DNA from: Polyangiales bacterium
GTDB taxonomy: Bacteria; Myxococcota_A; Polyangia; Polyangiales; Polyangiaceae
Direction of reading: 5' to 3'
DNA length: 64,000 nt
Assembly: GCA_038231275.1 (NCBI GenBank)
Contig: JBBRLQ010000020.1
Coordinates: forward strand, 81,685 to 145,684
This document shows, piece after piece, positions 61,845-64,000 of the stretch. The stretch's first letter is position 1; the number at the start of each line of letters is the position of its first letter. A program made the position numbers and the translations under genes. A model generated the notes under the pieces. That model was not told where the DNA came from, did not search any database, and saw nothing but the letters and a program-made list of their open reading frames with translations.

Positions 61845-63200
61845 ATGAAGAAGACGGCAGGGTTCGGGATTCTCTTGGCGAGCGTGGCGAGCGGTTTGGT
61901 GGCGAGCGCATCGATCACCGCGTGCACGGCGGACTCGTCGAGCGGCAGCCCCGATGGCGGGACGGCGGACGCGCAGACCTTCGACGCGGCGGTGCCCGAC
62001 ACGGCCACGGGGACCGGACCGGACGCCGCAGGACCCGACACCGCGCCGCCGCCGGCCGACGACGCAGCTCCTCCTCCTCCTCCTCCTCCGCCTCCTCCGC
62101 CGCCTCCGCCGCCTCCCGTCGACGCAGGCAAAGACGCGGCAGACGCGGGTGTGATCGTCGGCTGCATCCCGCAAGAGGTCTCGACGCGCTACGACGCGAC
62201 CTGGCTGTTCGGCAAAGGCTGCCGCGCCGACTGGAACGGGTCGAACCAGGTGACCTTCTCGCTCAGCAACGTCGTCTTCACCGGCTTCGAAGGGACGATC
62301 GCCGCGGCCAACGCCGTCACCGGCCAGCTCTTCGCGGCCTCCGACGGCATCAACCTCTACGACGGCACCGGCACCAAGACCAACACCACATCCCTCGGCG
62401 CCACCGCGTCCGCGTCTCAGCCCGTGGCGTTCATCGGCAAGCCGGGCAGCACGTCGGACTTCTACATCGTCACGAACGCAGGAGCGGTCGGCGGCACTCC
62501 TCCGGCGGGATTCTACGTGACGCCCCTGCCGTGCGGCCAGCTCACGCCGTCGGGCGCGCCGACGCTGCTTGCAGGGACCGAAAGCTTCACCGAGGCGCTC
62601 GCGACGGTTCGGCACGCAAACGACACCGATCGATGGATCCTGGGCGTGGCGCCGACGGGCATCGCGGTCCTCCCGCTCACCGCGACCGGGTTCGGCGCGC
62701 CGGTGATCTCGCCATGGGGTGGCGTCATCACGGGGGCGAACGCGCTCCAGCGCGCATTCATCTCGTTCGCGCGCGACCGCCACACGTTCGCCATCACGCT
62801 CGAAGGGCTCGGTCTCCTGACCGGAACGTTCGACAACGCGCTCGGCACCGTCTCGAATTTGAAGAAGATCGCGCTGCCGCTGAACACGTACCTCTACAGC
62901 GCGGCGTTCTCGCCCGACGGCAGCAAGCTGTACGCGTCGGAGTGGGCCGGGAAATACTGGCAGGTCGATCTCGGCGCGCTCGCTGGCGACGCAGGGACTG
63001 CCGTGACCGACCTCGGGACCGCCGGCGGCGCGCTCCGCCTCGCGATCGACGACAAGCTCTACCTCACGACCTACGGCCAGGCGACGCTGACGGTCATCCA
63101 GAACCCGAACGCCGCGGCGGCGCTTCTCCAGACGAGCGCGGTCAACCTGCCGAGCGGCTGCACCGCGACGTACGGCTTCCCAGGCATCGGCGACCTCTAA
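61845..63200 (+). CDS. Lipoprotein with poly-Pro linker and beta-propeller domain
   Basis: ITAC lipobox; run of about 16 Pro; YSAAFSPDGSKLY, LAIDDKLY. Confidence 0.75.
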   Translation: MKKTAGFGILLASVASGLVASASITACTADSSSGSPDGGTADAQTFDAAVPDTATGTGPDAAGPDTAPPPADDAAPPPPPPPPPPPPPPPPVDAGKDAADAGVIVGCIPQEVSTRYDATWLFGKGCRADWNGSNQVTFSLSNVVFTGFEGTIAAANAVTGQLFAASDGINLYDGTGTKTNTTSLGATASASQPVAFIGKPGSTSDFYIVTNAGAVGGTPPAGFYVTPLPCGQLTPSGAPTLLAGTESFTEALATVRHANDTDRWILGVAPTGIAVLPLTATGFGAPVISPWGGVITGANALQRAFISFARDRHTFAITLEGLGLLTGTFDNALGTVSNLKKIALPLNTYLYSAAFSPDGSKLYASEWAGKYWQVDLGALAGDAGTAVTDLGTAGGALRLAIDDKLYLTTYGQATLTVIQNPNAAAALLQTSAVNLPSGCTATYGFPGIGDL

Positions 63201-63208
63201 CGCACTAA

Positions 63209-63603
63209 CTACACGGCGGTGCAGAAGTGAGCGCTACAGGAGCCGTTTCCTCGGGTGAGCGTCCTCCGATCCGAGTCCGAATGGACGAATGAGATCAAAA
63301 ATTGGGATGATCCGTCGACCAAACGGGCAGCAGTCGTTGTGGGACGCGGTTCTCTTCGGTGCATCCGACCCGCGTGCGCTGATGGATCCAGTCCTTCGTC
63401 GGGTCGATGAGATCCTCGACGACGAGCTGCTCGTCGACGGTGTCCTCGAGCGGATGCGCGGGCGCTTTCCTCAGAGCTCTCGGCGAGGGCGCCGCGGCAC
63501 GCCCGCGGAGACCGTGCTGCGGATGTTGGTGCTCAAGCACGTGAGGAACTGGAGCTACGAGCAGCTCGAGTGGGAGGTCACTGGCAAACCTCCGAGCGCG
63601 TGA
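63209..63603 (+). mobile_element. Truncated IS (ISNCY/IS5-like): probable left end plus N-terminal transposase fragment 63289-63603
   Basis: LRRVDEILDD...GRRGTPAETVLRMLVLKHVRNWSYEQL is a transposase N-terminal motif; ORF stops after 104 aa; CTACACGGCGGTGCAGAAGT end-like sequence. Confidence 0.75.
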
Positions 63604-63834
63604 TCCCGCGTCCACGGTACGCGCCTACCGTAGTCGGGCCGCGCGGGTCGTCGCAGGGACGACAGTGCGTCGTCGGGCCACCGACGAGCGCCGTCGGGCA
63701 CAACCTCGGTCGGAGGTGTCGCGCGGCGCGCACAGCGTGTGCGCGCCGCTACACGACGCTTCCGCATCTACCCCGTACTCGCGCGGAGTTGCGCAGCGGG
63801 TCGCATCGGCTCGGTTCGTGCTCAACGTTGGTGC

Positions 63835-64000
63835 ATGCGGTACCGCTTTCCTTGCCTTGTCCTGGTTCCCCTGCTCCTCGCGTGGTCAGCGCACGCGCTG
63901 GCCGCGGAGGGGGCGCCCGTGCATGCAGCGACCGACGAACCGGAGGATGCGCCGCCTCGACGCTTCGTGCTCTCGCTCGAGGCGCTGGGTCTCCTCACCG
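63835..64000 (+). CDS. Secreted/outer-membrane protein, N-terminal part (runs off window)
   Basis: MRYRFPCLVLVPLLLAWSAHALA signal peptide; frame open to window end; GG-N10-GC at 63808-63821. Confidence 0.55.
   Translation, partial: MRYRFPCLVLVPLLLAWSAHALAAEGAPVHAATDEPEDAPPRRFVLSLEALGLLT

Noticed and set aside
62068..62116. CCT/CCG trinucleotide run
   Set aside because: Encodes an ordinary poly-Pro linker in a lipoprotein

Overview
GC-rich (~70% by eye) bacterial window. Gene content (many Cys-rich lipoproteins, a MYXO-CTERM-like tail, a kinase-sigma54 fusion) points to Myxococcota, probably Polyangiaceae-like; this is an inference. It holds about 48 CDS, one tRNA-Ala(GGC), a benzoyl-CoA epoxidation (box) cluster lacking boxA, a c-di-GMP module, a TonB-receptor operon with a DtxR/MntR-like box, arfB and an IS remnant. 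The most striking locus is a tightly packed operon at 4741-18419: a degenerate GpsA, three tandem ClpA/B-like double-AAA+ ATPases and a SWIM-SNF2 helicase. Two of the ATPases end in regions resembling class-I release factor (RF2) domains without the GGQ domain, and one also ends in an L7/L12-CTD-like motif, suggesting a possible ribosome-directed Clp quality-control machine. Several genes also appear to have leaderless or near-leaderless promoters, including sigma54-type motifs at a fixed 14-nt spacing from the start codon. All protein calls come from motifs recognised by eye; no searches were run.
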